A stretch of DNA of 64,000 nt. Source: Candidatus Babeliales bacterium. GTDB lineage: Bacteria; Babelota; Babeliae; Babelales; JANWKD01. The stretch spans positions 768,001 to 832,000 of the forward strand of contig CAVRJO010000001.1 in NCBI GenBank assembly GCA_963722255.1. The letters are read 5' to 3'. The notes under the pieces were generated by a model. The model was given only the letters and a program-made list of their open reading frames with translations, searched no databases and was not told where the DNA came from. Below, piece after piece: positions 49,904 to 60,046 of the stretch. A program made the position numbers and the translations under genes. Numbering within the stretch: the stretch's first letter is position 1; the number at the start of each line of letters is the position of its first letter.

Positions 49904-49930
49904 AGAAAAAATAAAAAATAATAGACTTTT

Positions 49931-50215
49931 TCAATAGGTTCGAGTAATTGTTGTTTTTCTATTTTCTTGATACGGTTCACGTCCTTCTAATTCCAACATT
50001 TTGATGCGAGCAAATTGTTCTTGAGCTAAAACTTGTTCATCAATAACTTCTATTTGAGGCTCATTAGGATTTTGTAAGTTCCTCTTATCAGCAATAGGTG
50101 CTGCCGCTCCGGGCTGTTTTATTACATAGTTATTAACAGTTCTTGCATAACTTATCCTAATCCCAAATATCAAACTTGAAAAAATGAAAAGCAGACAGCA
50201 AAAACGATTGACCAT
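49931..50215 (-). CDS. Small secreted hypothetical protein
   Basis: GAGG RBS; signal peptide ending SYA. Confidence 0.6.
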   Translation of the reverse strand: MVNRFCCLLFIFSSLIFGIRISYARTVNNYVIKQPGAAAPIADKRNLQNPNEPQIEVIDEQVLAQEQFARIKMLELEGREPYQENRKTTITRTY

Positions 50216-50234
50216 TGTAATAATACCTCAAAAA

Positions 50235-50819
50235 TTAGTATGAAGGAGTTGATTTCTTGTCTATATTTTTTGCAGCAAAAGATAACATGATCAATGTCCA
50301 ACCAGTAAAAATTGCATCTATTCCAATAAGCATCCCAATAACCCAAAGCCCTGAAAGCGGCCATTGTTGCCAAATAAGAACCCCGAGAATAAAGGTAACA
50401 ACGCCATTAAATGCAAGCCATCCTTTATGCGGAACATTTTTTGCTAAAGCAAAAATTACCTTCAAAACACCGGTAACTATAAAAAATATAGCCAGTAATA
50501 ACGTCAATGAAATAGCATTTTCGGCTGGATGCATAACAATAAAAAAGCCGCCAATAGTATACAAAACGCCTAAAAAAAGATGTAAAAAAAAGTTACTCCA
50601 ACGGCTCAAAGTAAATGATTGAATTCCTTCAAAAACACCAAGAATAATCAAAAAGATTCCTAAATAAATTACTGAAAAAATAGTGCTTGTATAAGCAAAA
50701 ATGGTAGCCAGAGTTCCAAAAACAACCAAACTTATTCCAAGAAATAAAAATGATTTTCTATGTTCTTGAATTTGTTGAATCGTTTTTTCATTTAATTCAT
50801 TATCAAACATATAGTTCAT
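50235..50819 (-). CDS. HdeD/DUF308-family membrane protein
   Basis: Six TM helices; WPLSGLWVIGMLIGIDAIFTGW. Confidence 0.88.
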   Translation of the reverse strand: MNYMFDNELNEKTIQQIQEHRKSFLFLGISLVVFGTLATIFAYTSTIFSVIYLGIFLIILGVFEGIQSFTLSRWSNFFLHLFLGVLYTIGGFFIVMHPAENAISLTLLLAIFFIVTGVLKVIFALAKNVPHKGWLAFNGVVTFILGVLIWQQWPLSGLWVIGMLIGIDAIFTGWTLIMLSFAAKNIDKKSTPSY

Positions 50820-50991
50820 GAGTTATTATCCTTTCTTTTAGATAATTGTACTGAGATTGAATACAAAAAAGCAATAGATTTTATTTTTTAATTGAAATAT
50901 AAAAATAAAACTCTTCCATTATTCTTTTTGTTTTACTAGAGTAAAACTTAGTTCTCATATTAACCACTTTTACTCTATAGGGAGTATTCTT

Positions 50992-51546
50992 ATGAAGAAA
51001 TTCATGTATCTGAGCTTAACTGGATTAATGGTATTGAGCCCAACAACCAACTGCATGGAACAGATCATAACAGCAGATAAAGAAGCAGAAATACCCTCAA
51101 AAGGGGAATTAATTAATCAATTCATGGAAGCAGCTCTTGCAGTATCGACTCTCAACCGTTATGCTGTTGCGGAATCTGCAGAATTTAGTTCCATGCAAGA
51201 AATATATGGAACCATTAAAAAAGTTAACAACGGAAATAAAGAACAAACCCAAGCAGAGCTGTTAGATGGATATCACAGCGGAGATGAAGATTATTACAAA
51301 AAGGAAATCGAAAATGCCGACAAAACGTTGCAAAAAATTAGATCCATTGATGCAATTTTAGCCTTCAGAACCCAACCAAAATTGGCAGATAATCAAAAAA
51401 AATTTGAAAAATTAACACGACAACAAAATGAATTAAATGAGTCTTATAAAGATATATTGAACAAAAGAGCTAATAACAAAGCAGAATTAGCTAAAATAGC
51501 AACAGAAAAGGAAGTTCTTGAACAAGCCCGCACAATTCTTTACTAA
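50992..51546 (+). CDS. Secreted coiled-coil protein, N-terminal part
   Basis: GGGAG RBS; TNC-MEQ; heptad-rich; frame changes near 51540. Confidence 0.7.
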   Translation: MKKFMYLSLTGLMVLSPTTNCMEQIITADKEAEIPSKGELINQFMEAALAVSTLNRYAVAESAEFSSMQEIYGTIKKVNNGNKEQTQAELLDGYHSGDEDYYKKEIENADKTLQKIRSIDAILAFRTQPKLADNQKKFEKLTRQQNELNESYKDILNKRANNKAELAKIATEKEVLEQARTILY

Positions 51547-51823
51547 TAACAGAGAGCAAGAAAATTCATTACTGCACGCACGCAAAGAAAAAATAACCGC
51601 AGACATAGCAGCAGTTGATGAACGTATTGCAAAACACAAAAATGCAACTTACGCTTTACTCGATGCACCAGTAAGCGAAAGCGTTAAGGAAGCTGGAATT
51701 GAAGATAGTATAGAGATTGAAAAAAGTTTAGCTGAAGAAAAAATGCAATTACAGGAAAAACTCAATAAAGTTGAAGCTGTAATTGAAAACTTAAAACCTA
51801 AACAAGGTTGGTTTGGTTGGTAA
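51518..51823 (+). CDS. Coiled-coil C-terminal part of the same gene, ending GWFGW
   Basis: Overlapping frame with the same composition; followed by a terminator. Confidence 0.55.
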   Translation: MNKPAQFFTNNREQENSLLHARKEKITADIAAVDERIAKHKNATYALLDAPVSESVKEAGIEDSIEIEKSLAEEKMQLQEKLNKVEAVIENLKPKQGWFGW

Positions 51824-51844
51824 TTTAAACCATATTTAAAAGCT

Positions 51845-51878
51845 AAAAAAAGCCCATCAATTGCGATGGGCTTTTTTT
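51845..51878. terminator. Bidirectional intrinsic terminator
   Basis: AAAAAAAGCCCATC-AATTGC-GATGGGCTTTTTTT. Confidence 0.75.
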
Positions 51879-51942
51879 ATAGCAACCTTCATTAAGATAA
51901 GCATATTTTTTGCAATGATAAAAATGATACTAATCGAAAGAA

Positions 51943-52116
51943 TGTCATCCAGAGAATTTTCTCGAAGTGAAATTCGTGGGATCCAGTAATTAAAATTGAA
52001 AATCCTAATAAATTTTTCAAGACTTTAAAACATCAAAAAAATTAATTTTTTCATAGGTTTTTATTATTTAACTGGATCCCACGTCACTACACTATGTTTC
52101 GTTCCTCTGGATGACA
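51943..52116. repeat. REP/RPE-like palindromic element, same family as 47910-48026 in opposite orientation
   Basis: TGTCATCCAGAG..GTGGGATCCAGT...ACTGGATCCCAC..CTCTGGATGACA. Confidence 0.8.
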
Positions 52117-52246
52117 GTTTTGCCTTTATTGTTTTTTTTAAATTCAAATTGCGCGGTTTAGCGCGGGGCGCTATACAAAACCATACAAAAATATGTTGCA
52201 TCTGATAAAATGCCTATTTTTTTTCACTCCATAAACTTATTATACT

Positions 52247-53256
52247 TTAAATATTCATTCCTTTAGGTTTTGGATGATCTTTTTTATGATGCTGTTTCAA
52301 AGCTCCCTGTGAACCGTTTGATTTTCCGCATAATTTACAGATATATGCTTTAGAATGATCTACTTTAGTATGCCGACGCAAAAGTGATGCATCCCGTGCG
52401 TTATAACCACATAAACGACAAATTAATTTATTCCCTTGAGCCGGATGTTCAGCCTTATAATGCTGCTGCAAAGCTCCCTTAGAACCTATCGATTTTCCGC
52501 ATAATAGACAGGTATATGCTTTCACATGATCTGCTTTGCTATGCTGTTGCAAAAACGAAAGATTGAATGCTTCATAACCACATAAACCACAAATTAATCT
52601 ATTCCCTTGGGCAGAATGTTCAGCCCTATAATGCTGCAGTGTAGCTCCCTGGGAATGAAGAACTTTGTTACATGTTCTACAAGTAAATTGCTTATGGAGA
52701 GCTTTTATATGTAATTCAAACGTATACTTAAATGGAGAAACATATTCACAGCGATCGCAACTATATAATGTACCAATACTAGTTTTTCTCTTTTTTTTAC
52801 ACCTTCTTGATCATCACAATAAAGTTGTAAGTCCTTTGTCGCTTCAAAAATATCTGTACTGTTTTCTCCAGGCTCTACTAAATTATCAACTTCATCAAAA
52901 ACGGATATTTTTCTTTTAACCCTTAATCTAATATCATTGGATTCAAAATCAGCAGCAAAAGCATCAGATTTAGGATCATACAGCAGATAATTTATTGCAT
53001 CATTAGACATTTCAGCGTCAATACCAATTCCAGTTAGTTCGCAACATTCTTGGATTGACTGCGGCCAATAAGAAACATCATCCTTACCTGGTCCAAGCAA
53101 AAGCTCAGCCACTTCATGAATTGACATCTTGCCCAAATCATTATTAATCTGAAATCTTTCTGAAGAACTGGTATCTAAAAAACTTTTTGGAACATTTTCC
53201 ATACATACAATTCCATAGTTGATTAAAAATAGCACTATTACCTTATATTTATTCAT
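52247..53256 (-). pseudogene. Secreted C2H2 zinc-finger protein (6 fingers), split by one frameshift in an A8 run (52791-52798)
   Basis: Adding one A joins ORF 52705..53286 to VKKKRKTSIGTLYSCDRC... and on into ORF 52247..52552. Confidence 0.8.
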
Positions 53257-53417
53257 AATAAATCCTAAATAATGTACAAAAAACAAAGCTTTATGAAGAA
53301 AATTTAATAAATAAACTTCAAAGTATTAAAGAATATAATTCAAAATCATATGCAATTTATCATGACTTCTCAATCTTAATGCATAAGTTGCTTAAAAAAA
53401 TAACATATAATCTAAAC

Positions 53418-54758
53418 TTATGTTCTTGGATGATCTTTTTTGTGATGCTGCCGCAAAGCTCCATTAGAACCGTTCGGCTTTCCGCATAATTGACAAGCAT
53501 ATAATTTCGTATGGTCTGCTTTATTATGTCGTCTCAACATTGCCGGATTGGCTGCTTTATAACCGCATATACTACAAATTGACTTATTCCCTTGAGTTGG
53601 ATGTTCAGCCTTATAGTGTTGCTTCAAAGCACCTTCGGAATAACATATTTTATTGCATACCTTACAAGTGTATAATTTATGAGGAGCTTTTATATGTTCA
53701 TTAAAAGCTCCTTTGGTTTTAGTAACATATTCACACCTATCACAACTATATAATGCATTTGAACCAACATTAATATTTTTTTTTATAAGAGAAGCATGTT
53801 CTTGAGGAGTCACAGCTTTTCTTTTCTTTTCTATATAATCTTGTTTTAATGCAAGTTTACCATCATGCCATCGTAATTCTTTAGCAATCAAAGCATTTTT
53901 TGCTCTACGTTCAGTGGATTCATACTCTATATTACAAGCATCATGCCCACACTCAGGCTTATCAATCCATATATCATCACGAGTTATCATTTCTGTGTTT
54001 AACCCATATTCTTCAATAGTAGATTTTTTAAAATGGCTCGTTAAATGCTGCAATAAAGCCTCAAAAGAATAGCATTTTTTACTACAAACCCTACAATCAT
54101 ATACATTTTTATAATTTGCGTTATCATTTTTTTTCGATTCTGTAGTCGCAGTTTTAACGTAACCAAGTATAGCAGTGTCTTTTGGAATAAAATGTTTATT
54201 CTTATAATGATTTATAAGAAACTTTTCAGAACTACATACTTTCTTGCATAGGTTACATTCATATGGTTTAAGATGCGTATACTTATGACGCTTGAAAAAC
54301 CCTTCAAAAACAGTGTAATATTCGCAATGTTCACAGGGATAAAAGGAACCTGCACCGACACCACTATTTTGTACAAGATCATGAGTAGCACGTTCATCAA
54401 TAATTTTTCTTTTCTTTTTTACACTTTCATGATCATCAGTATAATGCTGTAAATTAAGTGCAGATTCAGAACTATCAATTTTATCAAAATCAGGTGCCTC
54501 TCTTGTAGCTCCGTGCCTGAGTTCAAGAGATGCAAAGCCGGTAGCAAAAATAGTTTTAGGCTCACTTGTATCAAACGGAGTTGTTACTCCTACATCAATT
54601 CCACAAAATAACTCATAGGATTCTTGAATTGATTGTTGCCATGAATCTTCATCGACAAATTCATCGAGAAAAGATTCCATACAGAGCATTTCACACGAAA
54701 AAAATAAAAGCAGTAAAAATCGTTTTTTGATTATCCCAACGGAACCTTTGCATTCCAT
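53418..54758 (-). CDS. Secreted C2H2 zinc-finger protein (about 7 fingers) with NLS-like motifs
   Basis: Repeated CxxC-x12-Hxxx(x)H; KKKRK and KKRK; hydrophobic signal ending MLC-MES. Confidence 0.85.
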   Translation of the reverse strand: MECKGSVGIIKKRFLLLLFFSCEMLCMESFLDEFVDEDSWQQSIQESYELFCGIDVGVTTPFDTSEPKTIFATGFASLELRHGATREAPDFDKIDSSESALNLQHYTDDHESVKKKRKIIDERATHDLVQNSGVGAGSFYPCEHCEYYTVFEGFFKRHKYTHLKPYECNLCKKVCSSEKFLINHYKNKHFIPKDTAILGYVKTATTESKKNDNANYKNVYDCRVCSKKCYSFEALLQHLTSHFKKSTIEEYGLNTEMITRDDIWIDKPECGHDACNIEYESTERRAKNALIAKELRWHDGKLALKQDYIEKKRKAVTPQEHASLIKKNINVGSNALYSCDRCEYVTKTKGAFNEHIKAPHKLYTCKVCNKICYSEGALKQHYKAEHPTQGNKSICSICGYKAANPAMLRRHNKADHTKLYACQLCGKPNGSNGALRQHHKKDHPRT

Positions 54759-57193
54759 ATGTCCTGTTCCCCAATAAGCTCGGCACTTTCAATTGTTTCC
54801 CGAGAATAGATAATGGAAGCTGCATGAGTTACCCCCTTAATTATTTGCTCAAGCGGCATTAAAGCGTCCAAAATTTGCTTTTCATTGCAATGGATTTCAA
54901 GGTTTTGCAAAGGAACCTTGAGTGAAAGTTGACGTGCAGTTTTTAGGCTTCTAATGTGGGTAGTTAGAATAATAAGATGCTGTGTTATTGCTGCACTTTG
55001 TTCAAAAATAAACTTTCGAGAATCATAGTGTGTGCTGTGTACTGAAATTGTTTTTTCTTTTTGGCCATAGAGCTCTTTATAGAGTGTCTCAGTTATATAG
55101 GGTAAATAAGGAGCAAATAATTGTAAGATATGTAACCCTGCGGTATAGAGCGTCCAACGAGTTCCCGCAACTGCATCTGATGAATACAATTCTGGTTTAA
55201 AAAGCTGCTCTTTAACTAATTCTATATAATTATCACAAAAATCATGCCAAAAAAATTTTTCAATAGCATCAAGCGCTAAACTAAATTCACCTTCTTCAAA
55301 ATATTTTTTATACAATACAAAACAAGCGCTGCTTTGATGAAGCAGCCATTCATTAATGGTTCCAACAGGATCAGTTTGATGCATTGGAGCATCATTCATA
55401 TGTTCATGAATAAATCTAAAAGCATTCCACAATTTAGTTACAAGCCTTTGGCCAATCTTCAATTGATTTTCTGAAAATGCAACATCCTGACCTAATCTTC
55501 CAGAAGCTGTCCAATAGCGAATAACATCAGCTGAATATGTTTGTAATAAAAATTCCGGAGAAATTTTAGTATTCTCTTTTGATTTTGATAATTTTTCTTT
55601 GGTATCGCTTAATACATGCCCTGAAATTATAATATTTTTCCATGGTAATCTTCCATAATGCATCCATGATTTTACTATAGTATAAAATGCCCATGTTCTA
55701 ATAATATCATGAGCCTGCGGTCGCATGCTCATAGGTATAAATTCGTGAGCCGCCGATTCAAAAGGATTTTTATCAGGATATAATAAAGCAAAGCAAATCT
55801 GAGGTGTTAATGATGAAGTATTCCAAGTGTCCATTACGTCTTTATCAGGTTCTATAACTGCCGAATCGCATTCAGGACAATGCCCTTTATATGCTTGTTC
55901 TTGTGGATCAATAGGCAATTGATCCAGTGAAGCTACAATAACATGTCCATTTATGCAATGCCATGCTGGAAAAGGAATACCGTAAAATCTTTGACGGGAA
56001 AGGCACCAATCCCAACTAATTGCCTCAACCCAATTTATATAGCGAGATTTCATAAAAGAGGGGAACCAGTCAAGCTCATCTGCAAGCTCCAAAAACTTCT
56101 GCTTATGAGGCAAAATAGAAAGAAACCATTGCGTAAGCGCCAAATATTCTATCTCTTTCTTGCAACGTTCATGAACATTTACCATATGCACAATTGCTTT
56201 TTGATTACGTAAAAAGCCTTGTTTTGACAATTCTGCTAATATTGCTTCTCGTGCTTGAGTTACTTTTAAACCGCCTATAATATCAATACTTTCATCAAAA
56301 CGACCATCAAATTTTAAAGATGTTTTATAGGGCAAATTATATTTTTTAAACCAACCAATGTCTGTTTTATCGCCAAAAGTGCAACACATGACAAGGCCTG
56401 TACCCTTTTCTATAACAACAGCCTCATCAGCTATAATTGGAACAGTATAATTGAAAAGAGGAACAACTGCCTGCTTGCCCTGTAATTGCGTATAACGCCG
56501 ATCATTGGGATTATAAAAAATTGCCACACACGAAGCGAGAAACTCAGGCCGTGTCGTTCCGACAATTAGTTCAGAGCCGTCTTCTGATTTGAAAACAATA
56601 TCATTAAATAATGAAGATTTTTCTACATCATCAAGTTCAGCTTGGGCAACAGTTGTACGACATGTTGTACAATAAAGAGCCGGCTCATGCTTGCGATATA
56701 TAAAACCTTTCTGAAAAAGCCTTATAAACGATTCTTGAGATATTTTTCGAGATGTTTCTGAGATAGTTGAATAGCACTTATCCCAATCTACAGAAAGCCC
56801 CATATCTTGCCATAATTCTTTAAATTTTGTTTCAACTTCAGCAGTCTCTTGAAGACAAAGCTCAATAAATTCCGAACGTTTCATGCTATGAGCATTAATC
56901 TCACGCTTTTTTTCAACAAATCGTTCTGTCGGCAAGCCATTATCATCAAATCCAAATGGATAAAAAACAGAGAGGCCGCTCATTCTTTTATAGCGAGCTA
57001 TAATATCTGTTTGCGTATATGAAAAAATATGACCTATGTGCAATGACCCGGAAACAGTAGGCGGTGGCGTATCGATGCTATACATTTGGGCACTATACAT
57101 CTGAGCTTCAGGAGAAACCTTATAAATACCTTGGTCTTGCCATTCCTGCTTAAGCATCAATTCATGTTTTTTATGGTCGTAATTTTTTTCCAT
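54731..57193 (-). CDS. valS: Valine--tRNA ligase (short, archaeal-like type)
   Basis: IDTPPPTVSGSLHIGH, FDDNGLPTE, WCLSRQRFYG, RPQAHDIIRTW, KLSKS. Confidence 0.95.
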   Translation of the reverse strand: MEKNYDHKKHELMLKQEWQDQGIYKVSPEAQMYSAQMYSIDTPPPTVSGSLHIGHIFSYTQTDIIARYKRMSGLSVFYPFGFDDNGLPTERFVEKKREINAHSMKRSEFIELCLQETAEVETKFKELWQDMGLSVDWDKCYSTISETSRKISQESFIRLFQKGFIYRKHEPALYCTTCRTTVAQAELDDVEKSSLFNDIVFKSEDGSELIVGTTRPEFLASCVAIFYNPNDRRYTQLQGKQAVVPLFNYTVPIIADEAVVIEKGTGLVMCCTFGDKTDIGWFKKYNLPYKTSLKFDGRFDESIDIIGGLKVTQAREAILAELSKQGFLRNQKAIVHMVNVHERCKKEIEYLALTQWFLSILPHKQKFLELADELDWFPSFMKSRYINWVEAISWDWCLSRQRFYGIPFPAWHCINGHVIVASLDQLPIDPQEQAYKGHCPECDSAVIEPDKDVMDTWNTSSLTPQICFALLYPDKNPFESAAHEFIPMSMRPQAHDIIRTWAFYTIVKSWMHYGRLPWKNIIISGHVLSDTKEKLSKSKENTKISPEFLLQTYSADVIRYWTASGRLGQDVAFSENQLKIGQRLVTKLWNAFRFIHEHMNDAPMHQTDPVGTINEWLLHQSSACFVLYKKYFEEGEFSLALDAIEKFFWHDFCDNYIELVKEQLFKPELYSSDAVAGTRWTLYTAGLHILQLFAPYLPYITETLYKELYGQKEKTISVHSTHYDSRKFIFEQSAAITQHLIILTTHIRSLKTARQLSLKVPLQNLEIHCNEKQILDALMPLEQIIKGVTHAASIIYSRETIESAELIGEQDIWNAKVPLG

Positions 57194-57208
57194 ACTCTTT
57201 TTACCAAA

Positions 57209-57409
57209 TTAGATCGATTTAGACCTTTTTCGCTTTTCTATTTTTTGAGTAACTGCTTTATCTGTACGTTGATTATATTTTTTTTCAATTTCACTCATCA
57301 TTCTAATTATAGGATTAGTTTCAGCGATAAGCTCAAAACTATGCAACAGGCCTAAAAAAAGTCCTATTGCAAATAGATGTAATAAATTTTTTTTAGTAAA
57401 TTTAACCAT
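57209..57409 (-). CDS. Small membrane/secreted hypothetical protein
   Basis: GAGGA RBS, hydrophobic N-terminus, basic tail. Confidence 0.55.
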   Translation of the reverse strand: MVKFTKKNLLHLFAIGLFLGLLHSFELIAETNPIIRMMSEIEKKYNQRTDKAVTQKIEKRKRSKSI

Positions 57410-57572
57410 GTTGATTCCTCAAAACTATACATTATTCACACTTTGAGTTTAGCGTTCAATCTAATATTGTAAAGATTAATCTTGATCTTCCCTATACTCC
57501 AAATGGCTACTGGACTCTACTAATGATCAGTTAGGTCACGTGGTATCCAAAGGAGTTCATGAACTTTTTTGA

Positions 57573-59831
57573 TTAAGCTTTATTTGACTTAATCCGGTTT
57601 TTCATGAGAGAAAGTTCATTTTGAGCTACAAGTTTAAACTGTTCAGGTATAGAAGGTTGTTGCATTACGTCTCGTAATATTGCTTCACTCTCAGAAACAT
57701 TATTAAGAAGTTTATGGCAAAAGGCCATTCTCAACGGCAAATTTGGCAATGTGTGTCCCAAAGATTTAGCCTTTTGAAATGCATTAAGTGCTTGTTGAGG
57801 ATTATTGGTTTTCAAGTAGGCCTCACCCAAATTATACCAAGCATTTTTCTCTTCTGGATGTGCATTGAGAAGTTTCTTATACGCAAGAACCGATTGATCA
57901 AAATTTTCATTCAAATATAAGGCATGTGCACAATTAAAAATATTTTCTTTGGTTGGCTGAATTTCAACCATTTTGCTATAAGCAAAGGCTGCATCAGAAT
58001 ACTTTTTTAGTTTCATAGACATATGCGCGTATAATTGAAAGCCTGTCTCATTATCCAAATCGGCTTTTGTACACGCACTTTTAAAACATTCAAAAGCCTT
58101 TTCTTCTTCATTTCTAAAAAGATGCACTTTCCCTAAGTTAAAAAATGCCTTACCATAATACGGCCTTAATTGTAGCGCATAGTGTAATGCTTTTTCAGCT
58201 TGATCATAATCTTTTTTGGTAATTAAAAATGAGGCAAGATTATTATATGCTTCTGGATACATTGGTTGAATCATTATACTGCGTCTTAATGCATCAATTG
58301 CTTTATCAAGATCTCCTAGAAAAGAAAATGCTACGGCAATATTATTAAGCGGATCGGGGTATGAGCCATCCATTTCAATTGCCTTTTGATAATAAGGAAT
58401 AGATTCTTTGTAAAGTCCCTTTTCAGATAAAGCTACGGCGTAATTATTATATGCACGGGCTTTGCCCGGTGCATTTTGAATAATATTTGCCCAAAAATTT
58501 TCTCCGCTACTCCACACTTTATTTCGCTGATAGGTAAAAAATCCCAAAGGGAAAGCAAGCAGAATTACAAAAATACTCTCAAGCTCTTTCTTACAATAAA
58601 AAAGCTTATGCTGTTTTGCATACTCAAAAGCCATTTTACAAAGTTTAACAACAAAAAGAGCCAACATAAAAGTAAGACCTATTGAACCTGTATAGGTTTT
58701 ATAATCGGTAAGCAACTCAGAAGAAGGTATAAATGAAGAGCGAGGGGCAATACTTACAAGAAACCAGATAATACCAAAGACCCCAATATGTGATCTATTT
58801 TTATGTAAAACTCTTATGATTGACCCTAACATTGCACAAAGAATAACAAAAGGTACAAAGCAATCAAAAGAGAAAAAGCTTTTTACTAACTTCCAATCAT
58901 ATTCAACACTAATATTAAAAGGCCAAATAAACATAAAAAGATAATGTAAAATGACTTTAAATTGCGATATAAAAAAGTGTAACGGTAAAATTTTCTCATT
59001 AGCTTTTTCGGTTAAAATATTTCCTATATTATTGCGAGCCTCTAGTTTAAAACCAAATAAATTTATAAAAAAAGTTGGCTTCAAAAAATAGAGATACACA
59101 GAAAATATCATTGCTGTATACAAGCCATAGAAAATTTTTCTTCTTTTTATTGATTCAAAATCTCCTTGAGCAATAAAAAACCAATCAAAAGTCATAAGTA
59201 AAAATGGTGACATGATTGCAATTTCTTTAGTCCCGCATGAAAGAATACCTAGGATAAAAACCAGAGTCAGTAGATATGTTTTTACAAAAAAATCTTTTGT
59301 GCGTGATGCCAAAAGAAAACAAAAAGCAATACTGACAATAAAAAATCCCGCTAATCCTTCCAATTGCCCTTGAATAACATAGGAAACTGTTTGAGTTTGA
59401 ACAGGATGCAGTAAGAATACAAGTGCTGAACAGAGTGAGATTAAAAAAGCATTTTCAGAAAAAAAAGTTCTTTTTTTTAGCCCAGAAAGAGCTAGATAGA
59501 AAAGATAAAAAATTATGATACTTGTTATGGTATGGCTCATTACATTGAATAATCTGTAGCCGAATGGATTAAATTTACCAATTTTATAATGAATCGTATT
59601 AAGCCAATAACTTATCCAACGAGAACTTTGAAAAAAAAGCTGAGAAAAAGTTGAATTACGTATACTATAAAGTTTTGTTATATTTGCTAAATCATCAAAT
59701 TGAAAACTATAATTCAAAGAAGGTGTGTAAAAAATAGCTGCCAAGATTGATAAAATAAAAGGTGGAAGATAAAGATAAAGAAAATGAGTTGAGGCTTCGT
59801 TTCTTACAACACCACTTTTTACTTTTTTCAT
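57573..59831 (-). CDS. TMTC-like GT-C membrane glycosyltransferase with C-terminal TPR repeats
   Basis: FQFDD, YRLFNVMSH, LLHPVQTQTVSY, TKE; multiple TMs; TPRs (AYNNYA, AYNNLA, AWYNLG). Confidence 0.85.
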   Translation of the reverse strand: MKKVKSGVVRNEASTHFLYLYLPPFILSILAAIFYTPSLNYSFQFDDLANITKLYSIRNSTFSQLFFQSSRWISYWLNTIHYKIGKFNPFGYRLFNVMSHTITSIIIFYLFYLALSGLKKRTFFSENAFLISLCSALVFLLHPVQTQTVSYVIQGQLEGLAGFFIVSIAFCFLLASRTKDFFVKTYLLTLVFILGILSCGTKEIAIMSPFLLMTFDWFFIAQGDFESIKRRKIFYGLYTAMIFSVYLYFLKPTFFINLFGFKLEARNNIGNILTEKANEKILPLHFFISQFKVILHYLFMFIWPFNISVEYDWKLVKSFFSFDCFVPFVILCAMLGSIIRVLHKNRSHIGVFGIIWFLVSIAPRSSFIPSSELLTDYKTYTGSIGLTFMLALFVVKLCKMAFEYAKQHKLFYCKKELESIFVILLAFPLGFFTYQRNKVWSSGENFWANIIQNAPGKARAYNNYAVALSEKGLYKESIPYYQKAIEMDGSYPDPLNNIAVAFSFLGDLDKAIDALRRSIMIQPMYPEAYNNLASFLITKKDYDQAEKALHYALQLRPYYGKAFFNLGKVHLFRNEEEKAFECFKSACTKADLDNETGFQLYAHMSMKLKKYSDAAFAYSKMVEIQPTKENIFNCAHALYLNENFDQSVLAYKKLLNAHPEEKNAWYNLGEAYLKTNNPQQALNAFQKAKSLGHTLPNLPLRMAFCHKLLNNVSESEAILRDVMQQPSIPEQFKLVAQNELSLMKNRIKSNKA

Positions 59832-60046
59832 ATAATTTCCTTTTTTTGCTAATCACTTTTTCACTTTTTTGATCATTCTACTCAATAAAGAATTTTTGTC
59901 GAGGGCGTAGACAAATTTATTAGTATCTCTTTTTTAGAGCTTTTTACCTCTATAGATCATAAAGTCATTAATAAACAAATAACTCTTTCTAACTAACTAT
60001 TTTTTATACTATACTTAAGAAGAATAATTATATTTTTAGAATAAAA

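Noticed and set aside
57076..57105. AQMYS-AQMYS duplication near the ValRS N-terminus
   Set aside because: In-frame 15-nt duplication with synonymous changes in a variable linker; probably neutral
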